Shown: positions 1 to 13,134 of the stretch, piece after piece | Numbering within the stretch: the stretch's first letter is position 1 | Layout: the number at the start of each line of letters is the position of its first letter | Origin: Octopus vulgaris | Lineage: Eukaryota | Direction of reading: 5' to 3' | NCBI GenBank assembly: GCA_951406725.2 | Contig: OX597839.1 | Span: forward strand, 36,580,001 to 36,644,000 | Length of the DNA stretch: 64,000 nucleotides | Position numbers and translations under genes: made by a program | Notes under the pieces: generated by a model | Told to the model about the DNA's origin: nothing | Seen by the model: the letters and a program-made list of their open reading frames with translations, nothing else | The model's database searches: none

Positions 1-140
1 CCACAGGCACGAGGGCCAGTCAGGTGGTACTGGCAACGGCCACGCTTAAATGGTGATTTTTTACACGCCGCCTGCACAGGAGCCAGTCCAGCAGCAATGG
101 CAACAACCTTGGCTCGAATGTTTTTTCATGTGCCAATAAG
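1..140 (-). mobile_element. Fragment of SINE-like family C ((GAT)n-tailed), cut by the window edge
   Basis: GGCACGAGGGCCAG...TTTTACACGCCGCC...TTTTTCATGTGCCA matches the reverse complement of the TGGCACGTAAAAAGCACC internal repeats seen at 52451-52890. Confidence 0.55.
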
Positions 141-1589
141 GCGATGCAGGGACATGCTGCCTGGGTAGGCAAGGTAAGCAGTGTCTGTCCCGAATAAAAT
201 AGGTCAATAGTAACATTTTCCTTTTATGGCAAAATATGCACCTAATTCAATAAAATTATGTAGGTTACTCTGATTACTATGCATAAAATACAAAATATTT
301 TATTTTTTTGTAGATCAGGTAGGCATAATTCACCCTTGCCTTTCAATCTCAGTATTAAAACTACATATAGTACTGCTGTAGTACACATGCTGCATACATT
401 CCTACAACAATGTTTTCTTTACGTGCTATAAAGACAGAATTAATTCTGCCTCCAACTCAATCATGCACCTGTGTTTCACTTATCTTTTTGCATTTTACTA
501 CATAAACGTCACCAACTGGCTACCCTGAGTAATTGCTGATGGCACATGACTGATACATATATATATATGTATATAACTCCAAGAAAGTTAGGGGTTGTGG
601 GTCCATAATTTATATCCATGTTTTCTTCTAATAATTGCTTATATTCTTATTTTATATGCATAGAATAATATGCTATATGTATTTATGTTATTATGGTTGT
701 TGTTTTGATAAATAAATAAGTTGACATTTTAATGTCCTAAAGTTGATGAACCAACTAATGTGCTTCTCCATTTTCTTATTTACAATATATATATATATAA
801 ATTAATAAATAAATAAAACATATGCATATATACATACATATATGTACGTACCTACCTCTACATGTATATATACATGCATATATGGGTACAGGACACACAA
901 AAAAAAACGTCGAACACAATGAGAAACGGTAACATAAACACAAAACCAAGGAAATGGACATTTTTCTTAAACAACGAAAAAATAGAGTACAGGACATACA
1001 AAACAAGGAAAATTCCCCTTCTTCAGTCGCCTTTGTTCCATCTACTCCACGTTTCGAAGATATATATATATATATATCAGAGAGAGTGAGATTAAGTACA
1101 CGTGTATTAGTGTAAATTTGGGTATGTGTACGTTCATGTCTTGACATCATAAAGAAACAAACATAACACAAAAATGATTCAAAATCTATGAAATCATGTC
1201 TGGTCGTCGTGCTCTGCATGTTCAGAAGACATTTTCAGTTGCTTGGGAACAGGCAGGGGTTGGCAATAGAAAGGGTACCTGGACACAGAAAATCTGCTTC
1301 GGTGAATTCCGTTTGACCCATGCAAGCATGGAAAGGTGGATGTCAGATTGAGATTATATATCTGTGTGTGTGAGTGCGTTTGAGCGTGTGTGAGTGTATA
1401 CACAGTACATATAATGAAGACAAGCAAAAGTTACAATACACACACACACACACATTCACCTACTTCTGTATATGGTATATATATATATATTTAGCTATAT
1501 ATAGCTTGCTTCACTCTATGGTATATGTAACATAATAAAGGCGGCGCGAAATTTACAATAGACACCCACACACAGGTTTACCCCCTCCC

Positions 1590-1656
1590 ACATGTATATA
1601 CACACACATTGTATGTATGTATGCGTGTGTGTGTATATGTATGTGTGTATATATAC

Positions 1657-1694
<38 letters not shown>

Positions 1695-2270
1695 GGTAAT
1701 CATATTTCCAAATGAGTTTTCAGTCGTCCCCTTTCTAACTATGAAAAGAAATTATCAGAGGAAGAAATCTCAGAACTGTGTATAAATGTGTGTGTGTGTG
1801 TATATGTATATATATGTGTGTGTGTGTATATGTATATATGTGTGTGTGTGTATATGTATATATGTGTGTGTGTATGTGTGTATGTGTGTGTGTGTGTGTA
1901 TGTATATGTGTGTGTGTGTATATGTATATGTGTGTGTGTGTATATGTATATATGTGTGTGTGTATATGTATATATGTGTGTGTGTGTATATGTATATATA
2001 TGTGTGTGTGTGTATATGTATATATGTGTGTGGGGAGTTGAACTTGTACATGAATGTATATGTTTGTTGTATACATGCGCAAGTTTGTGTGCATGTATGC
2101 GTGTGTGTGTGTGTGTGTGTGCATACATCTAATGGTATGTATGTGACTGTGTATGTATTTGTACGGTTGTGTGTATGTATTTATGGATATGTGATAATAT
2201 GTGAATGTGTGTGTGTGTGTGTGCGTGCGTGTGTGTGTGCATGTGTGTATCAGAGTATATAAGAATGTAT
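1590..2270. repeat. Compound (TG)/(TA) microsatellite with a ~22-24 bp higher-order unit
   Basis: Repeating TGTGTGTGTGTGTATATGTATATA; source of the His/Thr/Tyr and Cys/Val pseudo-ORFs. Confidence 0.95.
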
Positions 2271-3548
2271 GTGTGATGGACGAATGGGGAGAAGAGTGGG
2301 GGGTGAGGTGTGAATTATTCAACAAAAGCTGACATGATGATGATGATGATGATGGTGGTGGTAACAGAGTAGATCACCTCCCCCAAGGGAACCCGAAAAG
2401 GTGTGTGTGTGTGTGTGTGTGTGTGTAGACCCTCCCCATTCTCCGGCCCTACCCCGACATCAGATCTATTACAGATGGAAGGTGCCATTTATGGCAAATT
2501 CCTAAGAGGGAACTCCCCACCCTGAGAGAAGTAGAAGAGTGGGGGGGGGGGCGCTGAAGGACAAACCTTTTAATAATGCCTTTGTCAACAGTGAGGCAGG
2601 CTGGGGGGGGAGGGTGAAGTAGAGGAGAGAAGGATAGATTAGACAGAAAGGGTTTGTCCCTGTTGCTAGGGACACACATACACACACTGATTATATGCTA
2701 GAAACAGCAGCCAAATGTGCCTCAAATCACATCATCTGAGATTGAAGATTATGGCTCTCAATACATTGTGTTTGTAAAATATGATGGGGGATGGTCATGG
2801 CCGGAGAGATTTTGATCCTACATTTGTCTCAGTCAGAACAAGCATAGGGCTAAACAGTAACTGCTAAGAGAACAGCAGTCAATGAAGGAGCCTGTGTACA
2901 TGGTCTCTCAGTTTGCTAGAAACAATAGCTGAATCACTCTCAAACCACACCAGTCATGAATAAAATAACGTGTCCAGATGGGATAAATGAAAATACACAA
3001 GACAGGATAGTCGTGGCTGGAACAACTTTGATCAAAGGTCTGGTGGATGAAGAGCTGATCTGGGACAGGGGGGGGTGTTAAACAACAAGAACTTCAGAAG
3101 GATTATTATATACAAGAATGTAATGGATCTATGCTGAATTAGCCTCTACCCAACTCCACCCCCAGCAACCAAACACAACCTTATACCTCCACCCCCATAC
3201 ACCATCCTGCCCCACCTCTACCGCATGAAGAAGCTTCAGATAAATTTCTGACAGAGATAAGGAACCAAGGATGAGTTAATGGGAGGGATGGGGTTATGGG
3301 TGAGATGGAGGAGAAGAGTAGGAGACAGAGAGGATGAGATAGAGGGAGTGGGCAGGGGGGAGGGGAGAAAGAGAGGTACGGGGTGGGGAGGGGAGTCACA
3401 TATTGGGGGGTATGGGGAGAGAGTGAGGAGATGGGAGTAGTGGGTAGGTAACAACCCTCCCTCCCTGCCACCCGAAATCAGGAAGAGGAAAACCCAGCAT
3501 GTGTACAAGGCTAAGTGTGTGTGTGTGTATGAATGTATGCATATGTAC

Positions 3549-3611
<63 letters not shown>

Positions 3612-4113
3612 AGTGAATGTGTATGTAAATACACAAACACATACACACAAGCACACATATATATATATATATACACACACACACAGATACCCACAAATAT
3701 ATGCATACCTGATCAGAACTTCAGATTGTTACTTGATAGCTTACATCCACACCCAGACATCATTAGTCACCCCCCTCCCGGCCCCTGTAATCTCTACAAG
3801 AGGGGCAGGGGGGAGAGAGAAGCCGTTGTTAGTAAAGTCAGAAAAACAGAGTAACGCCAGAGTCAGACATGTAATCGCTAAAGTTTCATCTCTGCTCCAC
3901 AACACCACACCATTTGTACCCAGCCATCATCACACTTCTCCACCATCTGGTGGAATGGTTTACAACAGATCACTTTTGGTCCCTTATCTCTCTCTCCCCT
4001 CCTATCTTCCTCTTTTTCACTCACACCACTAATTAACTAGATAATTATCAATTAAAAATTTGCTTTCAAACATGCAAAACAAAAAACTGATTAAAGACTG
4101 AAAAAGTTATCGA

Positions 4114-5045
4114 GACACCTAGTTTCTTAGGTTTCATAACATAGACACAACCATTTAGTCTCTGGCTTAGTTGGTTTGAAAATATAGACACACCCAGTTA
4201 GTCCCTGTTTTTGGTTCCATAAAATAGACACACCTACTTAGACCCTGTTTTAGGTTTGATACAAGATACACCCAGTTAGTCCATTTTGGTAGGTTTGACA
4301 AAATAGACACATCCAATTGGTCCTTAGTAATCTTGATAAATTAAACACACCCAGTTAGACCCTGTTTTGGTAGGTTTCATAAAAGACACACCCATTTAGA
4401 CCCAGTTTTGGTAGGTTTCATAAAAGACACACCCAGGTAGACCCAGTTTTGGTAAGTTTCATAAAAGACACACCCAGTTAGACCCTGTTTTGGTAGGTTT
4501 CATAAAAGACACACCCAGTTAGACCCTGTTTTGGTAGGTTTCATAAAAGACACCCATTTAGACCCTGTTTTGGTAGGTTTCATAAAAGACACACCCAGTT
4601 AGACCCTGTTTTGGTAGGTTTCATAAAAGACACACCCAGTTAGACCCTGTTTTGGTAGGTTTCATAAAAGACACACCCAGTTAGACCCTGTTTTGGTAGG
4701 TTTCATAAAAGACACACCCAGTTAGACCCAGCTTTGGTAGGTTTCATAAAAGACACACCCAGTTAGACCCTGTTTTGGTAGGTTTTATAAAAGACACACC
4801 CAGTTAGACCCGGTTTTGGTAGGTTTCATAAAAGACACACCCAGTTAGACCCTGTTTTGGTAGGTTTCATAAAAGACACACCCAGTTAGACCTTGTTTTG
4901 GTAGGTTTTATAAAAGACACACCCAGTTAGACCCTGTTTTGGTAGGTCTCATAAAAGACACACCCAGTTAGACCCTGTTTTGGTAGGTTTCATAAAAGAC
5001 ATACCCAGTTAGTCTCATCCTAGGTTTGATGAAATTGACACATCA
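4114..5045. repeat. 41-bp minisatellite, ~16 near-identical core units plus degenerate flanking units
   Basis: Unit GACACACCCAGTTAGACCCTGTTTTGGTAGGTTTCATAAAA, period 41 (e.g. 4508 to 4549); core ~4345-5013; no spacers. Confidence 0.95.
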
Positions 5046-5736
5046 AGTTACTACCTGTCTTGGTAGATTTTACAAAATACTCTTGGAAGCTGTAGGGTCA
5101 CCTGAGCATAAACGATGAGCATTATTTGTAATCCAATGGTACAGCAGTGTAAGAGTTTGCTTTGAGATATACTTAGATTGTGATTTCTGCAATGTGGTGC
5201 ATAAATTGTCAAGTAAATGAGAGGAAGCTGACTGCTTATTGTGGTCATTCGTCTTTTGGTTTCCTGTAGCTTTGCTCTCTTTTACAAACCCAAAGAACAT
5301 ACATATATTTCCTATTTCACAGAAATTCAAACAATAGATATAAGACCCAAGTTTTAAAAGATTCTCAACAATTCAACTTCTCTGGTTGACATTAAGACAC
5401 CCACTCCCAATAGGGGCCTTAACTCCCACATTTTAGAGCTCCATGACCTCCATTTCTCAGGAGCAAAATCCTTTTAACAGGTTCTATAAGACTGGAATTT
5501 TGGAATCTGTGCATAAAGATCAGTAGTATGGGATACATGTGTCATGATTAGAATTTTTTTAGGGTGTGTAAAGAGGGAAAGAACCCTCATCTGCAAATTT
5601 TATGAAATTCGAATCATAGGTATTCCTGTTCATTAGAGAAAATAAAACAGAAAAGTCTAATTCTTCAATTGTATGTAACACAGGCAATGCCAGGTATCTC
5701 TGCTAGTATATATATATATATATATGAAATATGTAT

Positions 5737-6114
5737 ACTCTTTTACTTGTTTCAGTCGTTTGACTGCGGTCATGCTGGAGCACTGCCTTTAGTCGAGCAA
5801 ATCGACCCTGGGACTTATTCTTTGTAAGCCCAGTACTTATTCTATCGGTCTGTTTTGCCGAACTGCTAAGTGACAGGGCCATAAACACACCAGCATCGGT
5901 TGTCAAGCAATGCTAGGGGGACAAACACAGACACACAAACATACATATATACGATGGGCTTCTTTCAGTTTCCGTCTACCAAATCCACTCACAAGGCTTT
6001 GGTCAGCCCGAGGCTATAGTAGAATACATTTGCCCAAGGTGCCACGCAGTGGGACTGAACCCGGAACCATGTGGTTGGTAAACAAGCTACTTATCACAAA
6101 GCCACTCCTGCACC
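5737..6114 (-). mobile_element. tRNA-derived SINE family A (CORE-SINE-like)
   Basis: Minus strand reads GAGTGGCT..TG.TAAGTAGCTTG...GGTTCAGTCCCAC (A/B-box-like head), CACCTTGGGCAA (CORE-like), internal (TA)/(TG) tract and a GTAAAAGAG tail; more than 20 copies in the window. Confidence 0.85.
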
Positions 6115-7554
6115 TATGTGTATACATAATTTACATATATGAATGCATAATAGTTTTAATATACATATTATACCTTGAGGATTCATCTGCATAACCACCA
6201 TCTCTCCTTTTCCAGTTGGAGTAGCCATGTATCTTCCCTACACAAGACACCTGTTCCTATCTTGCCTCTCAACACATGGCATAGGTCACCTCACTCAATA
6301 CTACACACCCCTCAATCAAGAGGCCTTGATTTGCAAGCTATTTAGCAGATACTTGGCAATTCCACTAGTGCCAGTGACACACAAACACACATGCACCAAG
6401 TACACTCTGTCAAGTAATTGGAGTTAGGAAGGACATCCAGCCACAGAAATCATGCCAAAAACAGTCCACAGAGCTCAACACGGCCTTTTGACCTGTCAAA
6501 TCCAATCAAACTGTTCAACCCTTACCAGCATGGAGAACAGACGTATGATGATGATGATATATATCAAGAATTACTTAGGTATTGCAAGCTCTTCTGGTGT
6601 GTGTGTGTGTGTGACTGAACAACAACAATACTTAACACATCTTTAAGAAACAACACAAATCTCTCTGTCTTTTACATGCTTATGTAGTATACGAACACAA
6701 CAACCCTGGGAGGGTGAGAGTGGAACCTAGTTTTAGAGCAGCATTTAGGGGCCAGATTAGGATTAATAGGGGTGAGTGATATACCTTATCTAGGGCTACA
6801 ACTCAATGGTTGTAACACTGCCTGATCCCTTCACCTTTTGATTATTAAATCTTCAAATCACAGCTGTTTCCTATCACCAGGTTTCAGTACCCACAATAAA
6901 ATCAACACCTTGTGTGTGTGTCTGTGTGTCTCTGTGTGTGTGTAATTCACCAAACTGTTGGCCTTTAAGTCTTACAGCCAATAAAAAATATTTATATCCT
7001 CTCAAGTTCTATTTCTCCTGTTTGTTCCATACACACACACACACACAAAGATATGTATACATACATAATTTTTAAAATGCAATATATTTCATTAAGAAAC
7101 ATTTGCAATTTACCTTATAATGTTCACGGGGTTTTCATGTCCCTCAACACACCACTAATGCTTGTTTCAAATACATGTGTTACACACATGTACACCAGTT
7201 CAACTTTTGTTTACACTATTTATAAACACTTGCGTACAGTCATCTAATCACATGGTATCCTATAAAATGTTTATTTTATTATATCATTCTGTATACACCC
7301 GGTTTCACTACCCACACTACAGTCTTATAATGTTTACCACACAACTCTTTCATCATCTACACAACACCGCAATATTATAATCTTCACGATATTCCACTGT
7401 TTCATTAGCAACACTATGTTCATTACACTCTTTCACAACCCATGGTTCAGAACAGTGTCATAATGGTTTCTAATTCAGGCACAAGGCCAGCAATTTTCGG
7501 GAGAAGGAGGAGGTTAGTTGATGCTCTAAAAATGGATTGTATAAGCACTTTTAA

Positions 7555-7967
7555 CTCTCTCTCTTTTACTCTTTTACTTGTTTCAGTCATTTGACTGCGG
7601 CCATGCTGGAGCACCGCCTTTAATCGAGGAACTCGACCCCGGGACTTATTCTTTTGTAAGCCCAGTACTTATTCTATCGGTCTCTTTTGCCGAACCGCTA
7701 AGTAACGGGGACATTAACACACCAGCATCGGTTGTCAAGGAATGCTAGGGGGACAAACACAGACACACAAACACACACACGCATATATATATATATACAT
7801 ATATACGACGGGCTTCTTTTCAGTTTCCGTCTACCAAATCCACTCACAAGGCTTTGGTCGGCCCGAGGCTATAGTAGAAGACACTTGCCCAAGGTGCCAC
7901 GCAGTGGGACTGAACCCAGAACCATGTGGTTGGTAAACAAGCTACTTACCACACAGCCACTCCTGCG
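7555..7967 (-). mobile_element. SINE family A, near full length
   Basis: Colinear with the other family A copies; tail of AGTAAAAG repeats. Confidence 0.9.
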
Positions 7968-8257
7968 ACTATGAAATTATAAAAAAATTAATAAAGAGAA
8001 AAATTGTAAATTTACTTTAAACATTTCAAGTCAATGACTTACCTGTACCTGATGAAATTACACTTTTTTTTTTAACAACCATTACTAGTTTTATTAGGTA
8101 TAATATAATTGCTACTACAGGCAAAATTTAGTAGGTTATGTTACCTCACTGCCCCATAAAGCCGAATATCCCCCTTCGACATGCCCAGCACCTCCTTGGT
8201 GGGAGTACTACCCATTTGGAAAACCTCTGATCTGATGATTTGTAATTATGTAATTAA

Positions 8258-8490
8258 GGTGGTGAGTTGGGAGAATCATTAGCACGCTGGACAAAATGCA
8301 TAGCCGTATTTCGTCTGCCGTTACGTTCTGAGTTCAAATTCCGCCAAGGTCGACTTTGCCTTTCATCCTTTCGAGGTCGATAAATTAAGTACCAGTTTCG
8401 CACTGGGGTCGATGTAATCGACTTAATCTGTTTGTCTGTCCTTGTTTGTCCTCTCTGTGTTTAGCCCCCCTGTGGGCAATAAAGAAATAG
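8258..8490 (+). mobile_element. SINE family B, full length with target-site duplication
   Basis: Head GGTGGTGAGTTGG..GAATCATTAGCAC, B-box-like GAGTTCAAATTCC, core GACTTTGCCTTTCATCCTTTCGAGGTCGATAAA; GATTTGTAATTAT repeated at 8237-8249 and 8490-8502. Confidence 0.85.
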
Positions 8491-10198
8491 ATTTGTAATT
8501 ATCTGATTATTAAAGTGGAAAAAAGAATATCAGAAACACCGTTCTTAATATTTTTCAAATATATTGAGAGGCTTCCCCACAGTTTCCACCTATCAAATTC
8601 ATTCACAAGGCATTGGTCAGCCCATACCCACAAACTGTCTTCATTAACAAATCTTTAATGAAATCTTTAATTTACTTCAAGCTTTCAAATTTTGTTCCCA
8701 CCCCCCATCTAAGTTTATTTCTAGTTTCTCACCTTTCATCAACTAAGATTAATATTTACTATGACCTCCCATAACTGCCAAATTATAATTCTTCACACTA
8801 TATTGGCAGTACCGTTTGAAGATGGTTATCTTTGAAAGATAATCTTGCTACTTCTAATTCTCACCTGCTTGCTCTCTCACACACACACATCCCTCATTCT
8901 TCTCTAAGTCCTGAACATCTTAACAGGCCATAATCCTTAACTCTCCAACATCTTTGAAAAGGTGTTTTACTTCCTGCCAGATCACAGCGTCAGTAATCTA
9001 CAGATTTCTACTCCATTCTCACACACAAACAAAATCTTTCATACTCAGTTTTTCAGTTTCTCTCTCCCTTACCATACAATTTCTTTCTAACAGTTTTATC
9101 TCTTTTTTCACTCACACACTTTCATATATAAACACACTTTTCTCTCAAATTCACATCTTCCCCTTTATTTTTCGCATGGTTTTTTTTCTCTTTCACACAG
9201 TTTTCTCTCTCTCACACACACATTTACGTATATATTCAGTTCTATCTCTCTCACGCACAATCTTTTTCCCCTGTTCTCTGTCTTTTTCATACATATCTTC
9301 ATGAACCTTCAAAAATAATCCCCCCCCACTCTCTCTCACGCTCACACATACAGCCAGAACAAGGCAACAAAGCACCCAGTATGTGGTTACTAAACCTGCA
9401 AGAAATAGCAGCCACATCTCTCACATCATACTGCACTGTTGAGAAAAGGAGAACATACTATATAATATAACCCTTGGATAAGTAAATAAATTTTTTTTTA
9501 AAAACCCCAGAACAGGATACTTTTGTTTGGAACAGCTTTGAGTTATAGGTCTGATCGATCAGAAAAGACCAGGGGTAAAATGAAGTGAGCAGTGGTAAAG
9601 TAGTGGGGAAAAGGAATGGTGGAATTGAGAGGGAAGAGGTAGAATGGCACTGATGATGATGATGATGATAGCATGATGGTGGTGACAATGACGAGGAGGA
9701 GAGGATGATGTCAACATAAGCTGATGAGAGTGATGATGATGATGATGGTGATGTAAACTTTAAGGTATCAGATATCCAGTCTGGCTAATTGGTTTAACAG
9801 GAGCCTCTGTCATCATCATCATCGTCGTCATCAGCTTGAAAACTTCTTTGAACTTGCTGACTGAACATGGCTTCATCTAAATACTAATGAGAGAGAGAGG
9901 GGGTTTAGCTGTTATCTAATCACTCAAGTGTGAAATGTGTGAATGGTACCAAGGAAAACAATTCAACCATAAAATGTAAAACATACTGAGGTAAACTCAT
10001 TCAGCCATAAACTACTAGAAGTGGGTCCTGTGCCATACACCTGGTTATATACCTACCTATATTGCTAACCACTCAGCTGTGAAATAGTTCAGTCAAACAG
10101 GGAGCCTCTATGTGGTCAGTCCAATTGCTAGACATAGCCCTCACTACCATTATAACAGTACCCATTTGATAGTGTAGCCCTAGATAAATTGTTTAGGA

Positions 10199-10451
10199 CA
10201 GTGATTCTCAACCATCTTTTTCCTATAGACCCCTTTGATACATATTGTCCTAGGGTGGACCTTATAAACATTTGTGTTTAAAAAATTCTGTTATATTTTT
10301 TAGAATTAAATATTATTAGGAATTGTATTAAAAATTGTTTAAATATTTTGTGTATTGTAAAAGTGAAACCAATTTATTGTACATAATTTTTAACAACAAA
10401 ATCTTATATGGACCCCTTAAGGGTCAAGTGGATCGCTGTTGAGAACCACTG
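10199..10451. mobile_element. hAT (Charlie-like) MITE
   Basis: Termini CAGTGATTCTCAAC ... GTTGAGAACCACTG; degenerate 8-bp flanks with central TAG (GTTTAGGA / GAATAGAT). Confidence 0.7.
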
Positions 10452-10684
10452 GAATAGATGAAAAAACAAAAGACAGCAAAAAAGGTGCCAGGGTCATTGA
10501 ATTTAATGCCTTTGATCCTAGGCATGCTGCACCAGGGCTGACCAAGGACTAAACAACAACAAGAGTGAAAGTATAACTGGGACCAAGAACTTATTCTGAT
10601 ATCAAAAGGCAACAGGTCATTTGCAATGGCTAGAGCAAATGTTGGACTTCCTGACTTTGTGGTCAATAATGCAACTGGTGATTG

Positions 10685-11005
10685 TAGCCACAGCACAACA
10701 CCCTTGACCATGCAGCCAAAACAGCAACCTTGACCACATGGCCAAGACACTCTTGGCCATACAGCAACAAAACACTTGGCCACACGATCACAACAGCAAA
10801 CTTGATCCCACCACACAACATAGGACCACACAACTATAGCACCTTTACCCACATAGCTATAACACAGTACAGCAATCCTGACCCCACAACACAACACCTT
10901 TGACCATTCAGCTGTAATACAACACTTGACCGCACGGCCACAACAGCAGTCTTGACCATACACCCATAACCACTGACCATACAATGAAAACACCCTTGAC
11001 TCCTA
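10685..11005. repeat. Degenerate ~22-27 bp minisatellite
   Basis: Recurring CTTGACCAC/TTGGCCA followed by ACAGCAACACAACA-like segments. Confidence 0.7.
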
Positions 11006-11656
11006 CAGTTACACCACTCTAAATAAGGCCCTTCCTTCCAGATATGACAGTTATATGTCATCGCATGTTGGTGTAAATTCAACAGACTTATGAACAAATA
11101 TGTTCCAAACATAGCCATCCTGTCTTAGAGTGTGCATCTAGGACTACATTATTTGATGCTTCTTTCTTTTAAGACAGTGTGGTTTGGAGAGGATTTCACT
11201 GTAATTTCTATCTGGTGGAGTGGTTATTATAGAGCGGACGTGATGATTGCAAGTGTATAAGAACTGTTAGGGATGGGATATCTGTAATGAGAATTAATTT
11301 ATAAGTTCGCATGCAATTATACACAGCAATGTTACTTCCTATAAACTGTAAGTAGGGAAATTCCATTACACACAGTATACATGGAAATTCCAAAGAAACA
11401 TTGAAACTGCATTTTTTTCCTGACTGCTTGATTCTGGAGATGGAGTAAAGTTCACATATACAGTACTGAACATACAGTACTTGGAGAAAACCCACTGTTG
11501 TATGCTTATCACGTCTTCTATCTTGGGAGTTGTTATTTTTGTCTTTACATTAAGGGATCATACTCTAGAGGTAGATACACATAATAATCCAGGAGAAGAA
11601 ACTGGTTCACCCCTAATCTTTTCAATGTTATTATTGAGAATTATTGAAAAAGGGTT

Positions 11657-11860
11657 CATCATCATCGTTTAACATCTGTTTTCCATGCTAGCATGGGTTG
11701 GACGGTTTGACTGGGGTCTGGGAAGCCAAGAGGCTGCGCCAGTATTTCTACAGATCTGGCAGTGTTTCTATAGCTGGATGCCCTTCCTAACACCAACCAC
11801 TCCAAGAGTGTAGAGGGTGCTTCTTACGTGCCACCAGCACAGGGGCCAGAGGAGGTTGGC
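11657..11860 (-). mobile_element. SINE-like family C 3' part
   Basis: CATCATCATCGTTTAAC tail and GGATGCCCTTCCTAACACCAACCAC motif shared with 17148-17409 and 52451-52890. Confidence 0.8.
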
Positions 11861-11892
11861 AAAAGCAAATTATATAGCCACATAACCTTGCT

Positions 11893-12098
11893 AATTCCTC
11901 ATCAACAAATTATTAGGGAGCTTTGTGTTTTTGAAGTCAAGTGGAATAAAAGTTCCTTTACTTATAATACAGGTAAGGGTTAGAGTCAGGACAGGTGTCT
12001 CACTGTAAAACAATACCTCAAACAACATTCATCCAACCCATGCAAGCATGGAGAAACAGCTGTAGAATCAAAGAACAAATAAACGCAGTTTATCTTCA
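11893..12098. repeat. 206-bp direct repeat, copy 1
   Basis: Nearly identical to 14070-14275 (a handful of substitutions, no indel seen). Confidence 0.9.
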
Positions 12099-13134
12099 TG
12101 GATAAATACTGCAGTTCATTTGCTTTTCACAATGTATTTGCATTGAGCTATTTAGATCTCATACTGCTTCTGTTGCATGCAACAGATTTTTATTCAGCCA
12201 GGTGGTTAATTGCAATATCAGTGGTTTTTCTATCATTGTTTTGCTCTATCAGCAGTGATTGATTTTAGTAGCATGTATCCACAGCTGACAGTGGGCACAT
12301 GCTACCAACAAAGTCCAATGAGGCATCTAGCATTCTCACCACTATTGTGTCCACAAAGGATATCACCTCTGGATAAACAGCACACTTAATTTGCCTTTCA
12401 CAATGTATCTGCTTTAAATATGATACACAGATGGCTAGTTTGATCTTATACTGCTTATCCTATTGTATACAACATAATTACATAGCAAATGTTTTAATTT
12501 TGACTATAGAACAAAATCAAAACTATTATCTTCTGTTATGGTACAGGTATGTTGGTAAAGCTTATCTATATTTCTTGTACACATTTGTGGAAATTCCAGT
12601 AATTTTTAAAATCTGTAAGATTGTTAGATGTTTATAGAGAACCATGAAAGACATGATTTCTTTTGAAATTGTATTTTTTATGGAGTATTGGAGTTTTTAG
12701 ATGGTGCAAATTCACATAAGAAGAAACGAAAGTGCAGTCTAAAAAGAGAGAGGGAGTCTCTGAAAACAATAACCTTGTCACCTTTTCTACCTTATTATTT
12801 TTGTCTTTATATCAAGAAGTCAACATATTCTGGTGATGACAGCTACATTGCCTACAAGAAAAACTAGTTTCCTCTCTCCTTGCCTTTCCACTGTGACTAT
12901 ATTATTAAAATCACAAAAAAATGTGTTGAAAGAATAATGTATAAAGCAAAGAACTAAAGAACAAAACTAAAGACAATTACATTATTATTCTGCCATGGCT
13001 ATGTTAGTATTGTACTATAATTGTTATTTTTATAGAGAAAGAAACATATGGCTGGACTCAAACCCAAAGTCCCAACGAAAAGAGTATAAGAGCCAACCCC
13101 AATGACACGTGGATTAAAAAAATAGAAACATTAA

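Noticed and set aside
1735-2325. Long His/Thr- or Cys/Val-rich ORFs (also 3236-4032, 22553-23200, 33947-34229, 53059-53424, 61158-61649)
   Set aside because: Translations of (CA)/(TG)/(TA) microsatellites, open in several frames on both strands.
4345-5013. CRISPR-like regular array
   Set aside because: Units are contiguous 41-mers with no unique spacers, there are no cas genes, and the context is eukaryotic.
7732-7974. Recurrent ORFs such as FSFRLPNPLTRLWSARGYSRRHLPKVPRSGTEP suggesting a multigene family
   Set aside because: They are antisense translations of SINE family A copies.
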